Shown: one piece after another, positions 52,027 through 64,000 of the stretch
How positions within the stretch are numbered: position 1 is the stretch's first letter
Layout: each line of letters begins with the position of its first letter
Assembly (NCBI GenBank): GCA_964057225.1
Contig: OZ059896.1
Span: forward strand, 13,454,001-13,518,000
DNA length: 64,000 nt
Reading direction: 5' to 3'
Source: Auanema rhodensis
Taxonomy: Eukaryota > Animalia > Nematoda
Program-made: the position numbers and the translations under genes
The notes under the pieces: model-generated
The model's database searches: none
The model's input: only the letters and a program-made list of their open reading frames with translations
What the model was told of the DNA's origin: nothing

Positions 52027-54031
52027 TCACCACTGGGGATTTAATGGATCATATCCCGATGGGTACTGATATTGCTGATTTTGAGTTCCATATCCAGGTT
52101 GTTGAGTCGCTGAAATTCCGTTCGTAACTGAAGATGTTCCATTGGTTTGTGCAGCTCCAGATGTAATAGCTGCTGTGCCGCCTGTTGCAGCTTGATAGGA
52201 AGCCTGATCTAGAGATGTCTGTTCAGCATTAGGCTTTTGCTCTAAGTTGTCATAACCATGAACTTTGCGTAATATCCAGAGAACTGGACAGTAAGCTAAA
52301 TTGGTGAAGCAGATGATATAGTTGAGAGCAGTGAAAGAGATGTTGCTGACAATCCAACCAGCAATAATTGGTCCAAATGCATAGGCTAGTGAGTACGATA
52401 TATCAGCTATAGCATAGACAGATCCATAAACTGATACGTGACGAGTATCTACTAGATGTCCAAGCATGGGTAGAAGCGAAGTGTCTATTAAAGCTATACC
52501 GAAGCAAGTAAAACTCAATGGAATGATCAACTGGAGTACACTGCCTGTGTAAGGAACTACAGCACATGATAGTCCTTCCATAGCTAATCCTATGGCAGCT
52601 ATTGCATATGTGTGATTGGGGAACTGCTTGAGTAAACGGACTGTCACGTAAACTCCGATAACGTGAGGGAAGAAGGCTGGGAGCCAAATCATGCCTACAA
52701 GCCAACCAGGAGTATCAGGCATAGTCTCAGCCATCCATGTAGTGATTGTTGGCTCAAGGAAGGCCAATGAAATGTTAGCCATAACCAGAGCTCCAGAGCA
52801 GACGGCAATCATTGGGTCCATGAAGAGACGCCACATCGGTGTTCCTTGTATTTTCTCGCCACTGGCTGAGGTGGGACCACGTTTTGCAGGCTGAATGACG
52901 ATGAAAACAGCCAATGCGTCAGCCAGACAGACAAATGATAGAATCAAGAAAGGTACAGGCTTTCCCGCAATTGAATATAGAACAGAACCAAATGGTGGAG
53001 CAACAAGACATCCGAAGGAAATGAAGGCTAATGCGATTCCAAGAGCAGCCGAACGTTCATTTTCTTCAGAGAATCGATCAGCAATCATAGCAAGTCCAGA
53101 CGTATCAGCAAAAGCAGATCCCAATCCCTAAAAGATGAAAATGTCAGAAAATAAAGTTGTACAAAGAGAAAATTGAATTTTCTGGGACAAGAGGACAGGA
53201 AGTGAAGTTTTCTTCAATTTTTTTTCAAAAGGTTTTGGTTTTGGTTGACAAATTGACTATCAGTTAAAAAGAAATTTCATTTTAGATTTTTGCACAGATT
53301 GTATGAAAGAAAAACAAAAAAAAAGAAAATTCAAATTGTGAGCGGATGGAAAAGCCTCATCAATCGTCAGCATCCGGGTCAGTTAAATTAGTCATTAGTC
53401 AAAAAACAACCGAAGCTTTTTGTCGTTTAGGGGACTATTTTACGAGAAATATTTTGTTTCGTCACAAGAAACTCGTAAAAAAGTTTGAAATTAAATTTCA
53501 AGAAATAGGTTTTAATTTTTAGTTTTAAGATCAACTACTAACCTGTAAGGATCTGGCGAAGAAAAGCACTCCATACGAATGTCCCAGAGCGAATATAGCC
53601 GTTGAACTGAACATCACGGTTAAGCCGAATACCATGGGTATTTCATATCCAACGCGATCGATGATGTATCCAGAGAATGGATTGACAACGATTTGAATGA
53701 GAGCTTTGCTGGCAAACAACCATCCAAGGGCTATCTCCTCATCCTTGTAATCAACTTTAGCTCCAACAGGTCTAACGATGATAGTGCCATTTGGAAGACG
53801 TTCTGTCACATTATGATATCCATAGAATTCCACATCATAAGCATGAATATCTCGAAGGTATTTAGGAATAATAGGCACAATAACCATATATAGCATGTTA
53901 TCAAGTAATAATGCTACAGAAACGATGACTAATACTAATTTTTTTTGGTTTTCTGGCGTTTCCGTCCATGCTTTCACTTCAGATTTCAAAAGATCTGAAT
54001 CTCGATTGATAATTGGCACGTTAAAGCCCAT
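52027..54031 (-). CDS. unc-17: Vesicular acetylcholine transporter (SLC18A3)
   Basis: MGFNVPIINRDS...LLLDNMLYMVIVPIIP...YGSVYAIADISYSLAY...GYDPLNPQW. Two coding exons, 53543-54031 and 52027-53127; GTTCAG acceptor just upstream of the ATG. Confidence 0.97.
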
Positions 54032-55029
54032 TATAATGATTGTAAAGCTGAACTAAATTTAAATAATAGATTCAGAAGTCGTTTTAGAGAATGGTGACGT
54101 TATGTACTCCGTAATCCAATAATTAGAGAATTATAGATGTGAATTTCTATTAATATTTTTAGTCGTTTTTGATTAAAAATAGTTGATCGACGTTAGAATA
54201 CAACAACGAACGAAGATGACGACGTTGATGATGATGATGGAAAAGGAGTAAGCTGAACGAAACAAGGGCAAAGCCTAGAAGCGGAAAATGCACAATAGGG
54301 GGAGGAGCTTATCGAGCGAAAAGATGAGGAAGACGAAGAAGCATAGCCTTGTAGTTACTGCCTTATTTAAGTTGTCTCTCCAGCGGCTTGAACTGCAGGT
54401 TACTATGTTGTGCTGCTGGTTTCGGTCTCTCGATCGATTATGCCTTCTCAGTACGACTGATAGGAAATCCTGTAATGATATTCTCGTTAATTCGAGACTC
54501 TGATTCTTTGATTCTGAAGAAGCTGTTCACGACAACGTCTTCACGTGAGAGCATGATGTTGCAATTGCAGTTCGATCATTCATCGCCTTCTTCTTATGTT
54601 CTTCTATGATATCCTTCGTCATCTCCTTCTGAATTTCATCCAAAATCGATGTATTCTCGATTTAGGACTACTTTCTTCACTCGCGTGTCACTCCAGCCCG
54701 ACCCATGAATCCATTTGGTGTATTCGTATTCAGACATACATCTGATCACGTTCAGAACTTTGCCGTACATCGCTGACGTCGTGTCATCTTCATATTCAAT
54801 AACACCAAAAAAAAAGATTTTATTCTTTTTAAATTTCTTATAAATATGCTCAACAGATGTATTACGAGATTTGTACGAAGACGAAGCAACAACAGGTGCT
54901 ACGTGTGATGAACGAAACGTCTAGGGGCTAGGTGGCATCACGTGCGAAGATTTCTGTCCTTTTTTTTTGATGACTTTAAGAGAATTCAGAAGGAAAAAAA
55001 CGAGGGAATAAACTATATATACAAAGTTG

Positions 55030-55053
55030 AGAAGAAGTAGAAGAAGAAGATGG
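55030..55053 (-). promoter_or_regulatory. Upstream arm of a complementary pair flanking unc-17
   Basis: AGAAGAAGTAGA-AGAAGAAGATGG pairs with 51734-51760. Confidence 0.65.
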
Positions 55054-56343
55054 TGAAGTAGATCCAATTGATTTCAAAAAAATTAAAACTTAAAAATACT
55101 TTGTGCAATGAACATCGACATCATCATGCTCTCACACACACATTTTTGTTTGTTTTACTTCTCGAAAATAACAATTTTTAATTTTTTTGCTTATTTTCCG
55201 ATTTGTTTCCCTAAAGAAAAATTTGTTCGAGATTTCGAATAATTCTCTAGGGAGTGCCGATAACGGTGAACGAAAAGCAGTAAAACTTAAAACTTAATGA
55301 TTGATTCAATTTTTATTTTTGTTTATTTTTATTTTTTTGTATATTTATTATAAAAACTTACAGTGTTCGACAGTTGATAGTTACAAAGAAGAGGTGAATG
55401 TGCTCAATTAAACAACACTGAAATAGAAAATTAAAATTTATAAAAAAAAAAGAAAAATCAAAAGAGAAATAAGAGTAACACGTGATGAAATGGTAGAAAT
55501 GATGAGATGAAATGAAATATTCTATTAGTAAATTTGAAGATCTGAAGAAAGTAGACAAGATTTAGCCTGGGAAATTCATGCGATGTCTTCATGATTTGAG
55601 AAAATAGAAGCAGATTTGGAAATATAGAAGAGAGAAATCCGAATCAAAGAGTATTCCACCTAATTTATAATTGAAATTTTAAATTATTTTTGATAGTTTC
55701 AAGAAAACAGCTATTCATATTAAAGAGTTAAGTTGCAAATATTTCAGAAATTTGAAATTTGGAATGATTACTTCAAACGACAGTTCAAATAAAAAATATA
55801 AATGAAATCATTTTTTATTGTAAAGAATAAGAATAACATACTGAGAAAATATATAGAAAATGCAAGTGAACCGCAAAAGCTGGATGTAGATGTTAACCAC
55901 TAGGGAGTAAGTTGGCAGAACCATGTGTCATCTTACGAAAGCAGTCAAGAGGATTCAAGCGATTTTGGCTTGAAAAGGAGAGAAAAATGAGGAAAAAGAA
56001 AGACAATCCAAAGATAAAGATATGTTTTCTAAAATTCAATAGTATAATACACTAAACATCATCTTTTTGCTTGGCGTTAAAGCCTTTCAGCACTAGTCTT
56101 TAGGGAGTATCTCATCTGAATCATGTTAAAGAGAAGACAAATTTATACAAAAAATTTCTATTTTTCACCGAACAATTTGCATTAAAATTGAAACGCCGGT
56201 GTGACATTATGTATGAATCAAAAAATTCTAGTAAACGATTAAAAATATAATTGTAAACTAAAGGCTGTCAAGTCTATAATTTTATTTTATATGTTAAAAC
56301 CTGTAATTTCATCAAGGTTTCCGTGTTTGTACATGCATCAACT

Positions 56344-56368
56344 ATATATATATATATATATATATATA
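56344..56368. repeat. (TA)n microsatellite
   Basis: Seen directly. Confidence 0.9.
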
Positions 56369-56493
56369 CATGCTTATATATATATAGTTATAGTTATATA
56401 GTTCTCAAGTTTTAAGCTCAAACTTCTTCTTTACAATTCACAAATTCTCACGAATATCGAAAAAGATGCATCTATTGAGCGACACTAACTAAC

Positions 56494-56541
56494 CTGGAAG
56501 CTACCCAAAGACGTCGAATGAATTTGATTTCGTTCGATCAA
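56494..56541 (-). other. Candidate shared non-coding first exon of unc-17/cha-1
   Basis: ATG-free 48-nt segment with a strong CAG/GTTAGT donor and TTTTCAAG at its 5' side. Its position fits the conserved locus architecture. Confidence 0.45.
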
Positions 56542-59500
56542 CTTGAAAATTTGAACAAAAAAAAATTCCAAAAAGGCAGAGATATTGTTTGAATAAGAAC
56601 AAACACACAATACACGTGAGAATATTTTAGTTCACATTACATGCACGTGGATGATGAAGCATTTCATTTTCAAAAAATTAAAAAGTGTAGAACGGTTGAT
56701 CTTTTCTAATAATTTTGCTTAACAACATTCAATTGTTATTTAATTTATTTTATTTAAGATTATTGTACAGTCTTTTATAAAAATTCACGAACTTTGCCAT
56801 ATTTTTTGTTTTTGTCCATACGGTTAGTTCCAGTAGAATAAATATTAAAATTATAGATTGAATTTGTTATGAATTTTCAAAACTTCGTATTTCTCTTTAT
56901 TGTGAATTTTGTTATATTTTTACTAAACTGTTTTCATTTTTATTTTTTTTTCGGCTATATGTATGTGCATGTGCACATGTTAGTGAAATTTACAAATAAA
57001 ATTATATATACTAAACTAGTTATTTTGAGAAGTTTCTATTTTCTTTTTGATCTATTTCCTTAAGTTTATATTTTCAGTTTTATTCAAAACACATATATCT
57101 TGAAACAGATGAACATCCTTACAAAATGTTTCGTGAAGACGTTTCAGTTGAATGAATTTCAAAAAAATAGTTTTATGTGTTAAGTTTGAGTTAGTTGGAG
57201 ACTCAGCTTTAGTAGTTAAAGAAAGAAGTGTTATTGAATATTCAAATAAGGAAAAAAAATTTCTTTTGGATGAGTGTTTCACAATATTCTTTAAGAAGCG
57301 AACAGGATAATGTCCTGAAACTTTGCATATTACTATGAGCATTTTTACAATAGTAAAGATGGGCGTGGTTATGAACGTTTATTGGTTCTAAGGATTTCTT
57401 TTGAAGAAAAAAAAATCAAAAAATTTAAACAAAGTTAAGAGCTTAAGCTAGAAGTTCTTATAATTTGATTTTCTTTTTCCCTAACATGTCTTGATCACTC
57501 GTTTGAGAAAGCTAAAAAAAAGCTTCAAGAACTTTTTTCCAAGTTTATACTAAAAAAAACGTGCAAATATATATCTTCCGTTCAATAGCTATGATGAGAA
57601 TTTTTGAGACGGTTGTCCGTAGAAACGACAAGCTGAATGAGGTGCTGTAGACGGAAGGAACACAATTGGGATAGATTGTCGTCATGTTAGTTGTCACCAG
57701 CTTATAGTGACTCCATCTATAAAACGACGTGAGAGGAGAAAAGAATAACGAGAGTAAATGTAAAAAGGAGTGAGAAATGCTGGAAGACAGAGAGAGGGAA
57801 AGGGAAACTGTTCAAAGAGAGCCAGTGAGATTATTTTAAAATTCTGAAGAGAGTGAACTTAAAAGATCTCTGAATTGAACTAACTAGCCAGCTGATGAAT
57901 GAAGCTTGCAGAAGACCAAGGGAGTGGGTTTTACGTCTCAGAATGTAGTTAAAACGATTTTGAATAAATGAAACTGTGGAAGAAAGGAAAATGATAGAAA
58001 ATGACGTCAGTTTTCACGTTAGAAGCCGTACATGCATGTTGTGTGATCTAGCTTACAAGTGAGTTAAGGAGGAATAGGAAAAGAAGAATGGAAGTTAACA
58101 GAGAGAAAGAGATAGAAAGAGAGAAGACAACATCTTGCGAACAAGGAAAAAGAAAGAGAGAAAGATTGAACAAGGAGGGAAGAACAGAAGAAGCGAGAGA
58201 ATGCGATACAAAATAGCACAAGAATAGTTGGCTGATTGCGACAAATCGAGTTACACTCTTCCTTTTCTATCGAACTATCGGCCAGTTGAAGCTTCAAAAT
58301 TCTTCCTAATATACTCTATCTTCATGTTGCCCTCCCTGCTCGAGGCATGTACATATCTATTGAAATAGCCTATCAAAGCGGAAAAGAAGAGAAGAAGAGT
58401 TGATGAGTTAGAAAGATTGAAAGGTGCTTTGAAGTTTGAGAAACAGTCCGGATCGCTCATGCATGTATGACACAATAGTAATAAAGATGAAGGTAGATTG
58501 TATATTTAGAAATTCTTGGTCAAACTTTGAGAAGAAAAAAAGGAAAAATGAATAAGAAAATGAGTAGTTGTCAAAAGAACTTGGTCTGTAACTGGTTGAA
58601 AATAGAAATAGCTGGGATAACGAAGTTAGTGTAGACAACACGTGGTAATCTAGCTTCTCGTCTTTATTTCATTCTATTTCTATTTTGTACTGATGAAAAC
58701 CTTAAAATAAACGAAAACTAACCAAAATAGAGAGTAAAGTAAAGAAAACATTTTGTCCGTTGTTATAACTTAATTTTGGTATTACTCATGGACTTCACAA
58801 GGACAAAGGCAAGTGAGAAAGTTTGAAATAAATGGAGCATCTCCCTTGAGAAGAATGTGAGATGAGAACATGAAATAGAAGAAAAAGTGGGAGGAGTATA
58901 TGAATGGAAATAGATAAGAGAAGATATAGAAAGGATGGAGAGTGCGAGAGAGAAAGAAAGAAAGAAAGAGAAAAAGAATAAGAGTAAATGAGAGGTTGAG
59001 GGTGTTAAAAATTGAAAAATCTAAAGAGTATATACATTGTTTATCGAAATAATATGATCAACCGTATATATACCGAAAACTTATAAAAATGAGAAATACA
59101 CGTGATGGTTCACGCATATTTTCACGTGATTATAATATACGTATAATTTAATTTAAAAAAAGTTTTATATAATGAAAATAGAAATATTTCGTGTTTGATA
59201 GATAACAAACTATATGATTTGAAGTGATGTTGTAGAAGAAATTTAAGTAATGGCGTGGAATACCGAATGTGAATGTTAAATAAGAAATGAAAAGAAATAT
59301 TTAAGTCTTTATATATTATAACATTGATTTGTTGATAAGTTTTAAAATAAAAGACAAAACTTTTATAATTGTATATTGTGTATATTCTTATAAAAGAAAA
59401 ACATATATCTATTATAAATGCAAATACATTAAAACAATATGTTTACCAATTGTTTTTAAATTTTCTTCGAATCTATCTATTAATTTGATGAAAAATAGGA

Positions 59501-62500
59501 AAGTCAAATGGTATAAACTTAACTATGTTGCTGCAAGTGAGTGAGAGATGACGGCAGTGGATAAGATGGAAGAACATTTTTGAACTTTCGAAATGTTTCA
59601 GAGAAAAGAATAAAATCAAAAATTGTAAAATATGATTTGAATCTTTAGACGTTTGCATATGTTATCCCCCGATTATGTAAATGATTGAAGCATAAAATGA
59701 AAAAAGAATAAAAAAGTTTTCAGTACAAATAGTTTTAAAATAATTTTTAAAGACATACAAAGAAAATCTTTTTATAAGTATATACATTAATGTTTATATG
59801 TAGACATATATATCTTGATATATATATATAATAAATTTCAAAGCTTAATATAGTACTTGAAAAACGGATAAACAAGTGTCAAATTATACTAATTAGCACA
59901 ATTTGTCTTTCTAGCTCTCATTCTTCTTTTAATTTCTTCAACTTTCCTAGTTTGAAATAAGATATAATATACATGCATTCGTGTTCATTTCATATATTGT
60001 TTTTGGAACAAAAATGAGATATGAAAATCAGTAAGAACAAATTTCAAAGATTTTATGAATTAAAACCAAAAAATGTTGAATGATAATGAAATTTGAGTCA
60101 AATATGCATCATATTCAAAACGATATATATACGTATATGTATCTACATATACAAAAAATATTTTGTTTAAATTTTAGAAAGAAAGAAAGAATATCTAATC
60201 TTTTTCAATTGCTTATTATTTAAAGATATAAGAGAATCATCTATTATCAGAACTTCATAATATATGTAGATAATAGTGTGAAAACAGTTGTGCTCAAACA
60301 TCTATCACAAGAAAAAAAAAGTGAATTTATCGTTTTTAAAATTCCGACAGAATGAATCTTCTTTCGTATATCTATGTATATCTTTGTCTGCTCTCATTGT
60401 CCTTTTCTAGAATTAAAGCTACCAAAAAAACCTTAAAAGAGAAATGAACTGATGTGAGAGAGACTGGAGAAGAGAGACATGAAAGCGGGATTTTGATCTA
60501 GAGCATTTTGAGTCCATGAGATTGAAATTTAAGGTTATGGGACATTAGCCGATGGAAAGAGAATGGATAAAGGAGCGATCGAGATAAGGTTTTCAAATCA
60601 AAAAAAGCTGCTGAAAGATAAATTGATGCTTTAAGTAAGTATATGGATGAAAATTATTCAGATTTATGGTAGAAATAAGCGTTTGAGCTCGTAGAAAGGG
60701 ATATACTAAAAAGGAAAAGGACGCACAAGTTTTAGTTGAGGATTCACGTATACATGAGAAGATTGACCAGATGGTACTAACTTCATCATTCTACTGAGAA
60801 GAATGAATTCCAATAACTTTAATTAGAGAAACGTTGTAGAATAAACTTTTGTTCTGATACTTTTCAGAAAAAAACTTCGAAAATCAAAGCATTTTCATGA
60901 GAAAAAAAGATTTTACAGCATTTAGCTTAGCCATAAAGATTCAGTTTTCATGGATCTCTAGATTTCTTCTTCCACATAATGTACGAAAAAGGGAAAACTT
61001 TTTTTGGATGAACACAACCAAATTCAGTTATAGTATTCTGATTATATGTTTAGTTGTCTTTTGTTTTTTCCTGATATAAATGAAGAAAAGAACAATGTAA
61101 TCCGGTTTTTGCCGGTTGAAGTTAGCTGAAATAAGAAGAAGAAGAATAAAATAACTTGTAAAAACAAAAAAAAGGTCATTATAAGCATTTGGATATGAAA
61201 TTTGATTGTACAAAGAATCAAGTTTTCAACTTCCTGTGAATATGAATAGCTTTCATTTACATCAAATTTATATGAAATAAGACTAATTAGAAGTAATGAG
61301 AAACGAAATATCAACATTTGAATATACATATGTACATAGATAGATGCACATTTATACAAAGATATCTCTTTAAATATCAGATTATCCATGTCAATTTTGA
61401 AAGAGATAGTAGGATGAGATGTTGGATTAGAATTAAATGATAACACTAATGATCTTATTTTTTTTATTTTTAAATTATGTTAATGAAGCAAAAATAAAAC
61501 AAATAAAAGAGAATTGAATCGAGAAAATATGAAATAATGAAGATGATTTTGGTAAAGCAAAATGAAATAAAAATGGAAGTGGGTGTGAAATGTATATGTA
61601 TGGCTTTCAAAAATAGATGGATAAGGCGGTAGAAATGAAGAGAATGAGCCTGAAATGAATAGAAATCCATGGAAACTCGATCGGGGCCTATTCCCATCGG
61701 TGGGAACGAAATACTGATGCTGGACCATACACTCATTCAAAGAAAATGTGAATTTCTGATTCGACGACGATGAAGTTTGTGGCTAAAAGTTGATGAAAAA
61801 ATATTTGGAATGAAGGATAAGATATAGAGAAAACAACAACTTGTGAGCATATAACTACATGTATTTCAAAGGGAAATTTTCTTCTTTTGTTCAAAGAAGT
61901 TTTATAGTATATAATATGAATATGAAATATATATATATATTATATTTTTGAGCGATAACTTGGATAACTCAGATCTAATTTGTATTGTTTTTCGTAAAAA
62001 TGAGATAGAAAAAATAATTTGAGTGTCATATCTGTAATTGGACGAAAAGAAAAAAAACTGTGAGAAAGAGAAACATCCGGATAGCATTCTGTATATAGAA
62101 TTGAAATTTGTTTTCTCGTTAATCAATCAACACAAAAATATTTATTATTTTATAAAAAAACACTATGAGACTGTTATTTTGGCTAATAAAGAGAGATAAA
62201 CGTTGTATAAGGGACTATCCATCTCTCCTTCGTTTTCCTTAACTATCAGCTGTTGTCTATTTAATCCAGCTTCATCTCTTTCTCGTGCCTCTATTCCTCC
62301 TCATATGTCTTTATCTCTTTCGCTCTCTGATTTTTTCACCAAATCTTCACTCTCTTCAATCCCATAGCAGATTTTTTCTTAATAAAGTAATTTGGTAAAG
62401 ATTATATTTGAATTGATGAAATTAGAGTTGACACAACAACTGGTGGCAGTTCCTTCTTCTCTCGATATCCCTTTCCCTCTTGCTCTCTCTCTCTCTCACT

Positions 62501-62967
62501 TTCCCTATCTTTCTCTTCCTCTCTCTTTAACTCTATACAATTCTGAACACCTGAATATAAAATCTTAATCACTTCATCACCTCAGTTGAGATTGACAAAT
62601 AATTCAGATTTCAAAAATATTTCAAAAACAAAACTTGTTCTATCATTTGAACCAGGAAGAAATAAGAACAGAAAATATTAATATTGTAGAATGAAATGAA
62701 ATTAATATCAAGTAATTCAAGAAATTCCATAACTTCTTCTTTGTTTTGCTTTTTCATACTGAACTTTAACATATTTTTTTCTTCTTTGCTTTGAAAACAA
62801 AATAATAAAAAATATCTGATAAGTAATTTTCAAATTAAAATTTTTATTTGATACTTTTCATCGGTAATATTATACATAGAAAAGATTTTTTCACAAAGTG
62901 TGAGTTAGTACTTTTCTTTTTCAAACATTTCATACAATGTTTAAACAATGAGAACGCTCTCCAAAAA

Positions 62968-63928
62968 TCATCGAAACCTTGGCAGCCGAATTGGGCAAGG
63001 AAGAACACAGCACAAACATGGCGAATCACATAACATTTCTCCTAGACAACATCCACAACATAAAGCTAAAAGTGAAGTTAGCCACCAATCACTGGAATTA
63101 TCCCTTTGTTGAGGTCGTTCAACATATCTGAAAAAAATAAAATATACATGTTGTATTTAAAAAAAGTAAAAAATATATCAAATAATAGGTTGACACAGCA
63201 ATTTGCAACCAGTTTTCAATCAGAAAACAAATGAAATATCAGTATACACGTGAAAACTCACGTAAATTACTTTAATTTTAGTTAAAAAACGAGAAGACAA
63301 TAAACTTTTTATAATTTATAATGTTGTAAGACATGAGCATATGAAAAGAAATATTAAAAATGGATACAATTGAATAATTGTACCAAATGAATTCAATATT
63401 TGCATAAGATGGAAGTAAATAATGATGTTCTGGCAAACGATATTTGCTTGTCTTTACTTCTCGGAGGAAAAATCAAAATTCAACTATTTTGACACGTAGA
63501 AGAACACATTTCATAATACTTCTAATATAACTTACACAACTTGGGGAGGTGGTTGATTAGGATTATAATGACCAGCTGGGTATGGTCCTTGTTGAGGATA
63601 GCCTTGAGTATACCCTTGTTGAGGATAGGGATTGTATCCAGGCTGAAATATTGATCGTTTAAATGCATAAAAATATTTGTTAGTTATACATATACAATAA
63701 TAAGCAGGTATTGTAATAATATATTTGAGCCGATCAGCCATAACTACTTATAGAAACAAATTTCGATGAAAGTGTAAGTTTCTCTGTACTAGAATTATAT
63801 AGAATAATAGTTTTTCACTTAAATATAATTTGCACAATTATGAATAACGTTAACAATTAAAAGATATGTGATAAGCTTACATTTGGAGTAGGTTGCTGAC
63901 TGTAATATGGTGGTGGTGGCTGCGACAT
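62968..63928 (-). CDS. CYSTM-type cysteine-rich tail-anchored membrane protein
   Basis: Three exons: MSQPPPPYYSQQPTPN/PGYNPYPQQGY...PPPQVV/YVERPQQRDNSSDWWLTSLLALCCGCCLGEMLCDSPCLCCVLPCPIRLPRFR-stop. Confidence 0.8.
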
Positions 63929-64000
63929 CGCTGATTCTGAATGTTAGGCGGTGGCTGCGAGAAACGAGTACTAGGTTTCTCCTTTTTCTTTCTATCTCTT

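Larger units (their letters stand above)
55244..58851. promoter_or_regulatory. Cluster of COE/UNC-3-like sites (TCYYNNGRGA)
   Basis: TCTCTAGGGA at 55244, TCTTTAGGGA at 56097 and TCCCTTGAGA at 58842, with partial sites at 55897 and 57914 and TCCTTTGGGA at 50933. UNC-3 is the established terminal selector for unc-17/cha-1. Confidence 0.5.

Noticed and set aside
52403-53893. Alternative-frame and antisense ORFs over unc-17
   Set aside because: Expected by-products of a GC-richer long exon; no independent signals.
54200-54810. GC-richer segment with short ORFs upstream of unc-17
   Set aside because: No recognisable protein and no coherent exon structure; more likely regulatory.
61691-61722. Hairpin TTCCCA-TCGG-TGGGAA followed by CGAAA (hammerhead-like)
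   Set aside because: No CTGANGA core 5' of the stem.
55358-62126. Many F/L/I-rich short ORFs
   Set aside because: Composition artefacts of AT-rich, purine-skewed intergenic DNA.

Overview
AT-rich, very intron-dense nematode genomic DNA (rhabditid-like; most introns about 42-55 nt). The ORF track therefore shows only fragments, and I rebuilt gene models by hand from GT/GC-AG boundaries and reading frame. Gene order: 3' end of a cuticle collagen (+); TVP23/FAM18 (-); nrde-2 (-); a RING-HC finger fused to an atypical Ras-like GTPase (-); a ground-like secreted protein (-); tandem gcy-8-like and gcy-23-like receptor guanylyl cyclases (+); histone H3.3 (+); a secreted Q/P/C-rich plus LEA-like modular protein (+); a secreted Cys-rich protein (+); an Srh-type chemoreceptor (+); a small membrane protein ending in CLIC (+); glt-3 (+); the cholinergic locus cha-1/unc-17 (-); and a CYSTM-type protein (-). 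The most notable observations are: the RING-GTPase fusion; a cyclase pair in which one partner lacks the catalytic Arg while the two share recent gene-conversion tracts over the dimerisation helix; a 24-bp complementary element bracketing unc-17; a candidate mitochondrial-presequence exon for ChAT; a LEA-like gene built from all phase-1, repeat-unit exons; and relaxed splice signals. Orthology calls come from recalled C. elegans sequences, not from a search.
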